The notes below the pieces were generated by a model, which made no database searches, was not told the DNA's origin, and was given only the letters and a program-made list of their open reading frames with translations. This document shows, in pieces, positions 9,638-20,606 of a DNA stretch of 64,000 bases. Where the stretch lies: contig OY760175.1 in assembly GCA_963663165.1 (NCBI GenBank), forward strand, positions 5,792,001-5,856,000, read 5' to 3'. Position numbers and translations under genes: made by a program. Positions within the stretch are counted from its first letter, which is position 1. Each line of letters begins with the position of its first letter. Origin of the DNA: an uncultured Desulfospira sp. (GTDB taxonomy: Bacteria; Desulfobacterota; Desulfobacteria; Desulfobacterales; Desulfobacteraceae).

Positions 9638-12600
9638 ATGGGGGCCATTCTAAAGAATATAAAAATCAGCCACAAAATAATGGGCCTTTTCGCCCTGACC
9701 ATCATGGTGATTGTCGTGGTGGTCCTCACGGCCATTCCCAGAATCAACAAAACCATGATTGAGCGGGCCAGGCAGGACCTGAAGCTGATGAACACCCTGG
9801 TCTGCATTATGGCAGAAGCGCTTTTTGTTGAGGATTCCCAGCTGGTGGATCAGATCAGTGAAAGTCAGATTATGGCCTGGGTGCAGGTGTCCAAGGCCAA
9901 AGGGGCCAATGCGGTGATTTTTGATACCCGGGGCAAGGTGGTTTATCATCCGGATTATGATGAGGGCGAAAGCCTGTTGGGGTTACAGGATCAGCGGACT
10001 AAAAAATATTTTATCAAAGACCTGCTTTCGGATGTTGCCGGCGCCGACCCTGATGTCCCCGTGGAGGGGTGGCTGGATTACCGGATTCAGGATAAAGATA
10101 CCGAAAGCGAAACCCTTACCGACAAGATCATGTATTATAATTTTCTACGTGAACGCAACTGGGTGGTGGCCACGGCGATTAACCGCAAGTCGCTGATGAA
10201 ACCGTTTCGCAAACTACAGCAGGACCTTACCCTGGCCGCCCTGGTGATCTTCGGCGTATGGGGCATGATTGTGATCATGTTTTCCAGAAACCTGGGCAAA
10301 TATGAAGAGGAAACCGGTGCCATATTCCACAACACCCAGGTCGGTCTCATGCTGCTGCGCGACGGCCGGCAGCTGGTCCGTGCCAACCAGCGCCTGGCAG
10401 ATATCTTCGGGTATGAGACCTCTGATGCTGTAAAAAGAGTCACCATGGCGGATCTGTATCCCTCTAAAAAGGCTTTCAGGGCATTCATGGACCAATATCA
10501 TCAGAAAATCGTACACGGGGGCAGGGTGCAGGCGGAGGCCAGGCTCATGCGCAAAGACGGCACACTCATCTGGTGTGCCATTGCCGGCAAAGCCCTGGAT
10601 GCCAGGCCTGAGCCGGACCTGAACAAGGGGATCATCTGGGTGGTGGATGATATTACCCCGCGCAAGGCCATGGAGCTTGAGATCGTCCAGCAGCGGGAAG
10701 AGGCGGAACAGGCCCGGCATGAGGCAGAAGGGGCCAACCGCTTTAAAAGCGATTTTCTGGCCAACATGAGCCATGAGATCCGGACCCCCATGAACGCCAT
10801 TATCGGCATGACCTATCTGTTGAAGCAGCAGGCATTGAACGATGATCAGAAAAATTATGTGGACAAGATCGAAGGCTCGTCCAACTCCCTGTTAAACCTG
10901 ATCAACGATATCCTGGATTTTTCCAAAATTGAAGCCGGCAAGCTGGACATTGAACAGGTGGAGTTTGATCTGCACACGGTGATTGAAAATGTCTCCACCC
11001 TGATTGAAATCAAAGCCATCGGCAAGTGCCTTGATTTCATCGTCTACTATTCACCCGGCATGAATATGATCCGGTTTGGAGATCCCTTACGCATCGGGCA
11101 GATTTTGACTAACCTTGCCAACAATGCGGTCAAGTTCACCGAACAGGGCGAGGTCGGGATCTACATTGAACAGACAGACAGCGGGCTGATCCGGTTTCAG
11201 GTCAAAGATACGGGCATCGGCCTGACCCCTGAGCAGCAGTCCAGGCTGTTCCAGTCCTTTTCCCAGGCCGACACCAGCACTACCCGGAAATACGGCGGCA
11301 CGGGGTTGGGGCTTGCCATCTCCAAGCAGCTGGTCACCCTGATGGGCGGCCGCATCTGGGTGGAGAGCGAAGCCAATAAAGGCAGTTCCTTTATTTTTGA
11401 ACTTCCCCTGGAAGAAAAGCAGGGGGCCCGGGGCCATGAGAAGATCTTCAATGATAAACGGGTGCTGGTGGTGGATGATACCCGGTCCTGGCAGCAGGTG
11501 CTGGTCAACCTGCTCAGATACTACGGCATAGAACCGGATGTGGCGGCATCCGGCGAAGAGGCGGTCTCCCTGTCGTGCCGGGATAACCGGCAGTACGATC
11601 TGGTGTTTATGGACTGGCATCTGCCGGGCATGGACGGCATCGAAGCCGCAAACCAGATCCGGCAGCACAGCCCGGCACCGCCGACCACCATTATCATGGT
11701 TTCGGCCTACCGCAAGGAGACGGTTTTCAAGGCCGCCAGCGCCAGCGGGATTGATGTGTTCCTGGAAAAGCCCATCAGTCCCTCTTTGTTTTACAATGCC
11801 CTGGTGGAGACATTTGAAGAGGGGGTCAAAAAGGATTACCATCGCCAGGTGGACACCTCCTTACTCAGGGACCAGCTGACCACCCTGAAAGACAGTTCCA
11901 TCCTGCTGGTTGAAGACAACGCCCTGAACCGGGAGATCATCCACGGCATGCTCAAGGAGAGCGGGATTTTGATCACGGATGCGGAAAACGGCCAACTGGC
12001 CGTGGACACCTACCTCGGGGACCCGGACCGGTTTGAACTGATCCTGATGGACCTTCAGATGCCGGTGATGGACGGCTATGGCGCCACGCGTCTGATCCGG
12101 CAGCAGGATACCGATGTGCCCATTATCGCCCTGACCGCCAATGCCATGGTGACCGATATCCGGCGCACCCGGGATGCGGGCATGAATGAACATCTGAACA
12201 AGCCCATTGATGTGGAAAAGCTGTTTGCCACCCTGCTGAAATATATCCGTCAGAAATGTGATCCCCAGTCATTGTCCGGGTCCCCGGATCAGAACGAACC
12301 GTCCGGGAAAAATCCGGACATGGAAATCCCTGATTTCATCAGTATTGACAAAACCCGGGGGCTTAAACACATCATGGGGAATACCGACCTTTACAGCACG
12401 CTGCTCAGGGATTTTGCCCGGGAGTATAAAAACGCAGCCCAGACCCTGAACGATCTGCTTGCCCAAGACCGGGCCGCAGCCGAACGGCTAGCCCACACCA
12501 TTAAAGGGCTTTCCGCCAATATCGGGGCCATGGACCTCAATGCCGTGGCCGAAAAAATGGAGCAGGAACTGTCGCAGGATTTCATGCCGGGATTTGCCCG

Positions 12601-12895
12601 GGAGATAGACCGGGTGGTCACAGAGATCGAAGCCTGTGAGGTCCTCTATCAGACGGTGGACAACCCGTCGGCCCCGCCGCTTGATCCTGACACCCATGAC
12701 CGGTTGATCCGGGAACTGACAACGGCGATTGAACGCAAGCGCCCGGCCCTGGTAAATCCGGTCCTTGAACAGCTTGAGTCTCATGAACTGCCGGATGAAG
12801 AAAGACAGATCCTGGCCCATGTCCGCAACCGGGTAAAAAAGTACAAGTTCAAAGAGGCCCTTGAGGCCCTTCGGCCGCTATCGAACGGGTCTTGA
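9638..12895 (+). CDS. Hybrid sensor histidine kinase (Cache, PAS, HisKA/HATPase, 2 REC, Hpt)
   Basis: FLANMSHEIRTPMN, GGTGLGL, two receiver domains (DLVFMD, ELILMD), AHTIKG Hpt; start set at ATG 9638 after aaggaag (ORF track start 9482 lies in repeat DNA). Confidence 0.92.
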   Translation: MGAILKNIKISHKIMGLFALTIMVIVVVVLTAIPRINKTMIERARQDLKLMNTLVCIMAEALFVEDSQLVDQISESQIMAWVQVSKAKGANAVIFDTRGKVVYHPDYDEGESLLGLQDQRTKKYFIKDLLSDVAGADPDVPVEGWLDYRIQDKDTESETLTDKIMYYNFLRERNWVVATAINRKSLMKPFRKLQQDLTLAALVIFGVWGMIVIMFSRNLGKYEEETGAIFHNTQVGLMLLRDGRQLVRANQRLADIFGYETSDAVKRVTMADLYPSKKAFRAFMDQYHQKIVHGGRVQAEARLMRKDGTLIWCAIAGKALDARPEPDLNKGIIWVVDDITPRKAMELEIVQQREEAEQARHEAEGANRFKSDFLANMSHEIRTPMNAIIGMTYLLKQQALNDDQKNYVDKIEGSSNSLLNLINDILDFSKIEAGKLDIEQVEFDLHTVIENVSTLIEIKAIGKCLDFIVYYSPGMNMIRFGDPLRIGQILTNLANNAVKFTEQGEVGIYIEQTDSGLIRFQVKDTGIGLTPEQQSRLFQSFSQADTSTTRKYGGTGLGLAISKQLVTLMGGRIWVESEANKGSSFIFELPLEEKQGARGHEKIFNDKRVLVVDDTRSWQQVLVNLLRYYGIEPDVAASGEEAVSLSCRDNRQYDLVFMDWHLPGMDGIEAANQIRQHSPAPPTTIIMVSAYRKETVFKAASASGIDVFLEKPISPSLFYNALVETFEEGVKKDYHRQVDTSLLRDQLTTLKDSSILLVEDNALNREIIHGMLKESGILITDAENGQLAVDTYLGDPDRFELILMDLQMPVMDGYGATRLIRQQDTDVPIIALTANAMVTDIRRTRDAGMNEHLNKPIDVEKLFATLLKYIRQKCDPQSLSGSPDQNEPSGKNPDMEIPDFISIDKTRGLKHIMGNTDLYSTLLRDFAREYKNAAQTLNDLLAQDRAAAERLAHTIKGLSANIGAMDLNAVAEKMEQELSQDFMPGFAREIDRVVTEIEACEVLYQTVDNPSAPPLDPDTHDRLIRELTTAIERKRPALVNPVLEQLESHELPDEERQILAHVRNRVKKYKFKEALEALRPLSNGS

Positions 12896-12913
12896 GGCCG
12901 ATTTCGATTTTGG

Positions 12914-12960
12914 GTTGGAGCGGGCCATGCCCGCGAATCGCGGGCATGGCCCGCTCCAAC
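12914..12960. repeat. REP-like inverted doublet gttggagcgggccatgcccgcga/tcgcgggcatggcccgctccaac
   Basis: Perfect 23-bp arms between convergent genes; second copy at 29694-29748. Confidence 0.9.
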
Positions 12961-13041
12961 AAGGCTGATTCACAAGACGATGAGCATGGGCCGGATTAAG
13001 AGCCAGATGCCGTTTTCCGGATTCGGCTCCCGGTCTTCCCC

Positions 13042-15864
13042 TTATTCCTTCAGAATCTGAGCCAGAACCCGGGCAAAGTCGCCGGTGATGATGGGTTTCA
13101 TCAGCACCTTCTGGATACCGTATTTTTCAAGGATTTCATCGGTTAAGTCTTCGCTGAAACCGGTGCTGATGATAATGGGGATATCCGGCCGCAGGGTTTT
13201 GGCCGCCCGGGCAAAATCCAGACCGGACATGCCGGGCATGGTCAGGTCAGTAATAATCAGGTCCACGGAATCAGATTCTTTTTCAAAGGTTTCAAGGGCC
13301 CTGGCCGGATCCGTAAATTCAATATGGCTGTATCCGAGCCGGCCCACGAACTGGGACATAAAACTGATAATGGCCGGTTCGTCATCCAGCAGAAGAATCC
13401 GCCCTTTTCCTTTGGGGAGGTCATCATTTGCAACCCTGACCTCTTCTCCGAGGTCACCGGACTGCTCGGGTATCAGCACCTGGAAAGTCGATCCCATGCC
13501 CGGTTCGCTGTAAACCGTGATATGGCCGTCCATATCCCGGACAATGCCGTAGGTTACGGCAAGCCCCATTCCGGTTCCCTCTCCCCGGGCCTTGGTGGTG
13601 AAAAAAGGTTCGAATATTTTTTCCTGAATGGTTTTGTTGATTCCGCATCCCGTATCTTTGACCAGTATCCGGACATAGGTCCCGGGTTTGAGTTCTTTCG
13701 GGGACAATTGGGGGGCTGATGCGATGACGGTGGTATCCAGCTCAAGGGTCAGGGTCCCGCCCTTGTCTTTCATGGCGTGGGCAGCGTTGGTCAACAGATT
13801 CATGAACACCTGGTGAAGCTGGGTGGGGTCTGCGAGAACCACACAGCGGGTTTCCCTGATATCCCGCTTAATTTCAATATCAGCGGGTATGGATGCCCGG
13901 ATAAACTGGAGGCATTCTTTTACCAGGGGGACAATTTCCATCCGGTTTTTCTGGATATCGTTTTTCCGGCTGAAGGCCAGGATATGACGGACCAGGTCCC
14001 TTGCCCTTATGCCGGCGGCCAGCACCTTGTCCATGTGGCTTTTCATGGGATCATCGTCCCTGGCATCCAGCCGGGCAAGTTCCGTGAACCCCATCATGGA
14101 GGAGAGAATATTGTTGAAGTCATGGGCAATCCCCCCGGCCAGGGTGCCCAGGGCTTCCATTTTCTGGGCCTGCATGATGCGCGATTCCATGGATTTTCGC
14201 TGGGAAATGTCCCGGGTAATTCCCAGGATCCGGTCCGGTTTCCCGTTTTCATCCCTTAAAAACCGGGCCGTGGCTTCTGCCCAGACGGTTCCCCCCTGTT
14301 TTTTGTTAATTTCAATTTCCATGTTCCTGAACCGGGCAGGGTCTACGCCGGGGGCACCATCCTGTTTGAGTTCTTCATTAATGATGCCCATGGCCGTATC
14401 CAGGGAGGATTTGGTCAGATCCTCTCCCACAGACATGGCTTCGTATTCTTCAGGGGCATATCCGGACAGGTTTTTAATTGACGGACTGATATAAATGTAC
14501 TTACCATTTGAAATATCCAGCACCCAGATCACATCGGTGGCATTGTCCGCTAAAAGGCGGTACCGCTCTTCGCTTTGCTTTAGCTGCTCCTGGTCCTGTT
14601 TCCGCTGAAGGATCTTTAACATCTCTTCCATGATCAGGCTCAACTGCCGGATATCCGATAAGTTGTAATTTTCTTTTTTGTTTCCCACCCCTGCCAGGGC
14701 CACCATCTGGCCCTGTTCAAATACCGGAACCAGCGCCATCCGGGTAACGGGAACATGTCCCCTGGGCATCCCTTTTTTTAACGGGGAGGTATAGGCGTCA
14801 TAGTTGTTGATGATTTCCGCTTTCCGGGTCCTGGCGGCCAGGGCCCACAGTCCGGTATCCTTTACATCAAATGAAAGGGTTTTATCCTCAATTTCACATT
14901 CTTTCATGGTCTGTCTTGACCAGGTGTGCATGGTCAGCACGGATTCGTCAGGGTTCAAAAAGGCCAGGTAGCCGATGCTGCTTTCGGTCAGGGTAATGGC
15001 GTTTTCAAGGGCAAGGGCGGTAATATCACCTACGGGCTCCTCGGTCATCCGGCTCAGCCTGAGCAGTTTTTTTATCCGAAGGTCCTCTAACTTCTTGGCT
15101 TTTTCCGCCCGTTTTTCCTTTTTCCGGATAAAAAGGACCTGGGCTGATATATAAATGGAGATGAATACGATAACAATGAGCAGCCCGATCAAAATCTGGA
15201 TGAACCGTGAGGTGACCAGGTTGGTTTCCCGGGCAATGTCATCCCTGTATAGCCCGGTTCCGATAACCCATCCCCATGGTTCAAAGCTTCTGACATAGGA
15301 GATCTTGGCGGAAATTTTCCCCGGGGTATCTTTCCACTGCCAGTAGTAATCCACATAGCCGGACTGATTTTTCTTCACCGTTTCAACCATGGAAACAAAG
15401 GGGTAGTTCCCGGCTTTGTCCTGGAAGTGGCTCAGGTCTGCGCCCTCCAGGTCCGGCCGGTAGGGGTGCATGATCATAAACGAGTGCATATCCGTGATCC
15501 AGAAATAGTCTTTCCCCTCAATGCCGTATCTTAGCCCCCGGATAATTTCTGCGGTCCTGGCCTTGGCCCTGGTTTCAGTCATCTCGTTTTGCCGGACCTT
15601 GGATTCATACTCGGATAAAAGGCTTAGCACACTGTCGGTTAAATGCCGGATGGTGAGTTTTTTCTGGTTCAGCAGCTGCTTTTCAAACTGGGGCACAAAC
15701 ACGAAAAAAAGGCTTAAGGCAAAAAGCAGATAGGTAAAGTACATGGGGACAAGAATTTTAGCGGAGCCTGAAAGAAATGTCATTCCGGCTGTTTTGTCAT
15801 GGGCGCTTTTTTTCAAAATAAGATGGTCTCCGGGAAAATATGGGGTTAATTCCTGATGCCGCAA
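13042..15864 (-). CDS. Hybrid sensor histidine kinase (Cache_2, GAF, PAS, HisKA/HATPase, REC)
   Basis: YFWITD..MIMHP Cache motif, LAGGIAHDFNN, PFFTTK..GTGMGL, C-terminal REC; real start may be ATG 15783. Confidence 0.92.
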   Translation of the reverse strand: MRHQELTPYFPGDHLILKKSAHDKTAGMTFLSGSAKILVPMYFTYLLFALSLFFVFVPQFEKQLLNQKKLTIRHLTDSVLSLLSEYESKVRQNEMTETRAKARTAEIIRGLRYGIEGKDYFWITDMHSFMIMHPYRPDLEGADLSHFQDKAGNYPFVSMVETVKKNQSGYVDYYWQWKDTPGKISAKISYVRSFEPWGWVIGTGLYRDDIARETNLVTSRFIQILIGLLIVIVFISIYISAQVLFIRKKEKRAEKAKKLEDLRIKKLLRLSRMTEEPVGDITALALENAITLTESSIGYLAFLNPDESVLTMHTWSRQTMKECEIEDKTLSFDVKDTGLWALAARTRKAEIINNYDAYTSPLKKGMPRGHVPVTRMALVPVFEQGQMVALAGVGNKKENYNLSDIRQLSLIMEEMLKILQRKQDQEQLKQSEERYRLLADNATDVIWVLDISNGKYIYISPSIKNLSGYAPEEYEAMSVGEDLTKSSLDTAMGIINEELKQDGAPGVDPARFRNMEIEINKKQGGTVWAEATARFLRDENGKPDRILGITRDISQRKSMESRIMQAQKMEALGTLAGGIAHDFNNILSSMMGFTELARLDARDDDPMKSHMDKVLAAGIRARDLVRHILAFSRKNDIQKNRMEIVPLVKECLQFIRASIPADIEIKRDIRETRCVVLADPTQLHQVFMNLLTNAAHAMKDKGGTLTLELDTTVIASAPQLSPKELKPGTYVRILVKDTGCGINKTIQEKIFEPFFTTKARGEGTGMGLAVTYGIVRDMDGHITVYSEPGMGSTFQVLIPEQSGDLGEEVRVANDDLPKGKGRILLLDDEPAIISFMSQFVGRLGYSHIEFTDPARALETFEKESDSVDLIITDLTMPGMSGLDFARAAKTLRPDIPIIISTGFSEDLTDEILEKYGIQKVLMKPIITGDFARVLAQILKE

Positions 15865-16013
15865 GGTTTGGGGAAAAAGGGATGTCCCACAGTTTCTGTT
15901 TTCTGCTGTTGATGAAAATATTGTACCAAATGACGGTAGAGAGTCAATGTAAAATATGGAGACCGGAAGAAAGGAGACCGGAGACCGGATCGCGCATTCT
16001 TAGGGGTTTCGCA

Positions 16014-17320
16014 TTAAAGCCTTTGGATGATGTATAGGTACATGGGCAGCCGGCTGGCAGACTTCAGCCGGTAAAAATCGTAAAGGATCTCCCTGGACGG
16101 GCTGCCGAATTTTAAGGGCGACAGGTAAATGGAGCCCTTGGGCATGGTATGGCCAAGCTGCTCCCTGACCAGGTCCATCATGGCCCCGGTGTGGCCGCTG
16201 GCCAGGGACTCGTCCATGACAAAGTTGCCGGTGATTTCAATGTTTAAAAACTGCTGGTTGATCTGTTGTGCCAGGAAAAAAGCATTTTCCACTTTCTCAG
16301 TGGTGATGGGCTTGCCTAAAATGTCCAGGGTGTTCTGGTCACAGGATTCAAACCCGACGTTGATATAGGTCTCAAAGGGCAGCCGGTTTAACCGTTCAAA
16401 AAAGGCCAGGGGCTTTCCCAACAGGGCATCCACGCTGCCGAACAGGTAGAGTTTGGGGTGGGTCATGAAAGAACGGGTAAACTCAAATTCGTCAAAGCCT
16501 GCCCGGGCAGCGGACAGGATCAGCTCCTCCGGGGCGTTCAGGGCGTCATGCTCGCCAAGGTACAGGCTGTTGACATTGACAAGGTCCGGGCCGTACAGCT
16601 GTTTAAATTCCCGGATCTGTTCCATGATATCGGCCATGGGCCGGGGCGCGAAAGGCTTTTTGTTTTTTATCCGGCAGAATTTGCACTTATACAGGCAGCC
16701 GTCGGCGATGTTCAAGGGGATAACATTATAATCTGAATGCCGGGCATCCGGGGGCAGCACGCTGACCCGGCCTCCCGGGATCCGGAACAGGCTGCGGGCC
16801 TTTTGATCCAGATATTCCGGGGTGACCTGTTTAATACGGTCAATAAAATCCTCGGCCCATTCCGGCATCCCCGGAACCTTTTCGGGCACCTGGGCAATCA
16901 TGTCCTGCCAGCGGCTGCATATCCGGGCGATTTCTTTTTCCCTGAAGGGCTTTCCCCCCAAAAGGGAATTGGTGGTATAGGACAGATTGGGCAGGTAATA
17001 TTCGCCAATGGATTCGTACACGCCGGAATACCCGCCGCTGGAATAGTAGATCCAGTCGTTGCCGATGGTCCGTTTGAGCCACTCGGAGGGGTGGAGCCAG
17101 TCAGGGGATTTTGACTTGGCATGGGTAATCTCATGGTTTAAATTAAATTCAAACACGGCTTGAGGGGTTTCCAGTTTTGAATACAGCCCGTATTTTACCG
17201 GATAACTGACCTTGACGTATTCATGGCTTCCCCGGCAGTTGATTTCCAGGCTTAAATCTTTTCCCTGGTATGTCAGGTTGGGGTGAACAGCCGTTTCTTC
17301 TGGTTTGATCATCACGTTCA
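16014..17320 (-). CDS. Radical SAM protein of unknown function
   Basis: CLYKCKFC (CxxxCxxC); the track's TTG at 17387 coincides with a TTGACA -35-like hexamer, so ATG 17320 is preferred. Confidence 0.85.
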
Positions 17321-17406
17321 TATATATTTTAAGGTCCCTTTCAAAACCGGTTGAGTATCTTTTTAAAGAAATATGAATTATTGTCAAGGGGGATTGCGGT
17401 TTCCTG

Positions 17407-17415
17407 TGGTATAAT
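17407..17415 (+). promoter_or_regulatory. Extended -10 promoter for the macrodomain-glycosyltransferase pair
   Basis: TGgTATAAT about 110 bp upstream of ATG 17524. Confidence 0.55.
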
Positions 17416-17523
17416 CAACAGCAAAAATCATAATAAGCAATTAGCCCTTAGCGATTAGCCGTTAGCTTTTGGGGTGTGCCAGCCTGCTAACAGCTAATAG
17501 CTTTACAGAAAGGATAATTCGTC

Positions 17524-18060
17524 ATGAAAGGAATCAAATCAACCGCAAAAGAGCGTATCAGAATTCAACAGGGTGACATCACCACTGTTGATGCGGATGC
17601 CATTGTCAATGCGGCCAATTCCGGCCTGGTCGGCGGCGGGGGCGTTGACGGGGCCATTCACCGGGCCGCAGGGCCTAAGTTAATGGAAGAATGCCGGATG
17701 ATCGGGGGATGCCCCACAGGCCAGGCCAGGCTGACAAAGGGGTATGATTTAAAAGCCCGGTATGTGATCCATGCGGTGGGCCCCATTTACAGCAACGCTG
17801 CAGATGATCCGGTCCTGCTGGCCGGATGTTATAAACAGTCATTTGATCTGGCCAGGGAAAACCAGATCAGAACCCTGGCCTTTCCGGCCATATCCTGCGG
17901 GGTTTATGGTTATCCCATAAGGGATGCCTGCCGGGTTGCCCTTGAAACCACCCTGGAGATATTGAACAATGATGACAGCTTTGAATGGGTGGCCTTTGTC
18001 CTCTTTTCCCGGGATTATCATGAGGTCTATGCCCAGACCCTGGCGGGTTTGCCGAATTAA
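17524..18060 (+). CDS. Macrodomain protein, O-acetyl-ADP-ribose deacetylase (YmdB/MacroD-like)
   Basis: GDIT, AIVNAAN, GGGGVDGAIH, VIHAVGP, FPAISCGVYGYP. Confidence 0.95.
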   Translation: MKGIKSTAKERIRIQQGDITTVDADAIVNAANSGLVGGGGVDGAIHRAAGPKLMEECRMIGGCPTGQARLTKGYDLKARYVIHAVGPIYSNAADDPVLLAGCYKQSFDLARENQIRTLAFPAISCGVYGYPIRDACRVALETTLEILNNDDSFEWVAFVLFSRDYHEVYAQTLAGLPN

Positions 18061-18075
18061 GGAAAGTCTTGTATC

Positions 18076-19170
18076 TTGAAAATTCTGTTTCTTGAGCCTT
18101 TTTTCGGCGGCTCCCATAAGGATTTTGCCCTGGGGTTTTCCGGGCATTCCTCCCATGATGTAGACCTTGTAACCTTGCCGCCAAGGTTCTGGAAATGGCG
18201 CATGAGAGGGGCGGCCCTTTATTTTTTAAAGAAGATTGAGAACCTTTCCGGCTATGACCTGATATTTGCCACGGACATGCTGGATGTGACGGATTTCAAG
18301 GCCCTGGCCGGCCCGGATGTGCCGCCGGTGGTCCTTTACTTTCATGAAAACCAGCTCTCCTATCCGTTGGAGCCGGGTGAGAAAAGAGACCTTCACCTGG
18401 GATTCACCAATATCATTTCCGCTCATGCCGCAGCAGCCGTATGGTTTAATTCAAAGTTCCATCTGAATGATTTTATGACTGCGGCCCGGCGGCTGGTCCG
18501 GCAGATGCCTGATTTCAGACCCGGCTGGGTGGTAGACGAGATTGAGGCCAAGGCAAAAGTCCTGTATCCGGGCTGTTGTTTTCCCAAAGATAATGGGGGG
18601 GCGATTTCCGCCCCCCTTGCCCCACCATTAATTATCTGGAACCACAGATGGGAGCATGACAAGAACCCGGCCGCCTTTTTCGGGGCACTGGACAAGCTCA
18701 AACAGGCTGGAACGGCCTTTTCCCTGGCGGTCTTAGGCGAGCGGTACGACACCGTTCCGGAACCGTTTGCATGGGCCGGCGAAAGGTTCAAAGAGGAGAT
18801 TCGGGCCTGGGGATATGTGGAATCCAGACCGGCATATGAATCCTGGCTTAAAAAAGGCACCCTTGTGGTCAGCACGGCCATCCAGGAAAACTTTGGCATC
18901 TCAGTTATGGAAGCGGTCCGGTACGGCTGCTTTCCCCTGCTTCCCAACCGGCTGTCCTATCCTGAAATCATGCCGGAAGAATATGGGGAACAGATCCTTT
19001 ATACCTCTGAAGACGAACTTTTTCAAAAACTTCACGAAGGCCTTGCCCGGCCGTCTTCCCTTTCAGAAGCCCGCCTTGAGTTGTCCGGTCATGCGGCCCG
19101 GTTTTCCTGGGAGACCATGATAAAGACCTATGACACGGCCCTGGAAAAATTTGGCCGGGGGGCCGGCTGA
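18076..19170 (+). CDS. GT-B glycosyltransferase of the DUF3524 / GTDC1 (QTMAN)-like family
   Basis: ILFLEPFFGGSH, WKWRMR, YFHENQLSYP, WNHRWEHDKNP, ENFGISVMEA, PNRLSYPE; TTG start with RBS aaggaaag. Confidence 0.85.
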   Translation: MKILFLEPFFGGSHKDFALGFSGHSSHDVDLVTLPPRFWKWRMRGAALYFLKKIENLSGYDLIFATDMLDVTDFKALAGPDVPPVVLYFHENQLSYPLEPGEKRDLHLGFTNIISAHAAAAVWFNSKFHLNDFMTAARRLVRQMPDFRPGWVVDEIEAKAKVLYPGCCFPKDNGGAISAPLAPPLIIWNHRWEHDKNPAAFFGALDKLKQAGTAFSLAVLGERYDTVPEPFAWAGERFKEEIRAWGYVESRPAYESWLKKGTLVVSTAIQENFGISVMEAVRYGCFPLLPNRLSYPEIMPEEYGEQILYTSEDELFQKLHEGLARPSSLSEARLELSGHAARFSWETMIKTYDTALEKFGRGAG

Positions 19171-19214
19171 CCAGAGTGATCCTCAGGCCATGGCCTGTTA
19201 AGAACGGATGTCCG

Positions 19215-20606
19215 TCAGTTTCCGGCCGGCAGTATAAGGGTTGTCTGAATCATCTGTTCAGGTCCATTGCCGATATCTATGGTACCGTTGTGGAGCGCGA
19301 CGATTTTTTGGGCAATGGCCAGCCCTAAGCCTGACCCGCCAAGGGTCTTTGTCCTGGATTTTTCAACCCGGTAAAATTGTTCAAACAGGTGAGGGATATC
19401 CGGTTCCGGAATGGCCGGACCGGAATTGCTGATGTCAATGCGCACCCGGCCTTTTTTTAGCTCCACCTGAATGTGAATGATTCCCTGAACAGGCCGGTTA
19501 TACCGGATGGCATTGTCAATAAGATTGACGAAAAGCCGGAACAGTTTTTCATGATCCCCCGGTACCTGACAGGGGACATCCATCCGGGTTTGGACCTGGA
19601 TCTGTTTTTCGGCAATCACATCGGCATAGTCATCTAACACCTGGCCAATGACTTCATCTATGGCCACCGGGCCGATATGCAGGGTCTCCTGTTGTTCCAT
19701 TCTGGAAAGATCCAGCAGGTTTTTCACCAGATGGCTCATGCGCCGGCTGGTTTCAAGCTGTTTGATCAGTCCCTCTTCCACCGGCAGGGGCAGGTTTCCG
19801 GCCATGAGCATATCCTCCTGGGCCAGCATTAAGAGCGTAATCGGGCTCTTTAACTCATGGGAGGCGTTCCCGATAAATTCCCTTTGGCGGTTAAAGGAGT
19901 GCTGAATCCGGTCAAACATCTTATTCAGGGCCACGGAAAGTTCATAGAGTTCATCCTTGTTTTTTCCAAGGGGGATCCGTTTATCCAGGGACTGGTCGCT
20001 GATTTCACGGGACTGCCGGATAATGGTGGAAACGGGCTTTAAAATTCTGCCGGCCAGGATATGGCTTAAGATAAGAATGACCAGCGAAAACAGAAAAAGG
20101 CTGCCCCCGACGGTCAGAACAAGGGATATCAATTCCTCTTCAAGGTCTTCAATGGGTTTGGCAATGCGAATTTCCAGATGACGGCCGTTGATCGGCTTTT
20201 GGATCACCATGACCCGGAACATCACGTCGTCTTTGGCGTCCTGTTTTAACCAGATATCTGATCGGGGAATATGTCGCTCGATTATGTAGACGGATTTATC
20301 CGATGAATCGGAAAGGTCTGTAAACTCAGTGAGTTTGGACCGGTAAAGCACCTGACCCTGGTTATCCCTGGCCATGATCCAGTACTGGTCGGGATCATAG
20401 GGCATGTTGCCGGAATTAACGGCAGCGCCGGAAAATCCGGCTGATTTTATCCGGTCTGACAGGGCCATGGCCATGTGCTGGATCTCTTTGTCGATGAGCT
20501 TAAACGGCTGTTCGGTCATTTCCCAGAAAATGACGCCCGAGAATGCAATGGTGGACAGCAGGGCGGTGCCGGAAATCCAGAGGGTAATCTTTTTACGGAT
20601 TTTCAT
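19215..20606 (-). CDS. Sensor histidine kinase (HAMP, HisKA, HATPase)
   Basis: Two TM segments, NASHELKSP, NLIDNAIRY, GGSGLGL; ATGA overlap with the response regulator. Confidence 0.93.
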   Translation of the reverse strand: MKIRKKITLWISGTALLSTIAFSGVIFWEMTEQPFKLIDKEIQHMAMALSDRIKSAGFSGAAVNSGNMPYDPDQYWIMARDNQGQVLYRSKLTEFTDLSDSSDKSVYIIERHIPRSDIWLKQDAKDDVMFRVMVIQKPINGRHLEIRIAKPIEDLEEELISLVLTVGGSLFLFSLVILILSHILAGRILKPVSTIIRQSREISDQSLDKRIPLGKNKDELYELSVALNKMFDRIQHSFNRQREFIGNASHELKSPITLLMLAQEDMLMAGNLPLPVEEGLIKQLETSRRMSHLVKNLLDLSRMEQQETLHIGPVAIDEVIGQVLDDYADVIAEKQIQVQTRMDVPCQVPGDHEKLFRLFVNLIDNAIRYNRPVQGIIHIQVELKKGRVRIDISNSGPAIPEPDIPHLFEQFYRVEKSRTKTLGGSGLGLAIAQKIVALHNGTIDIGNGPEQMIQTTLILPAGN

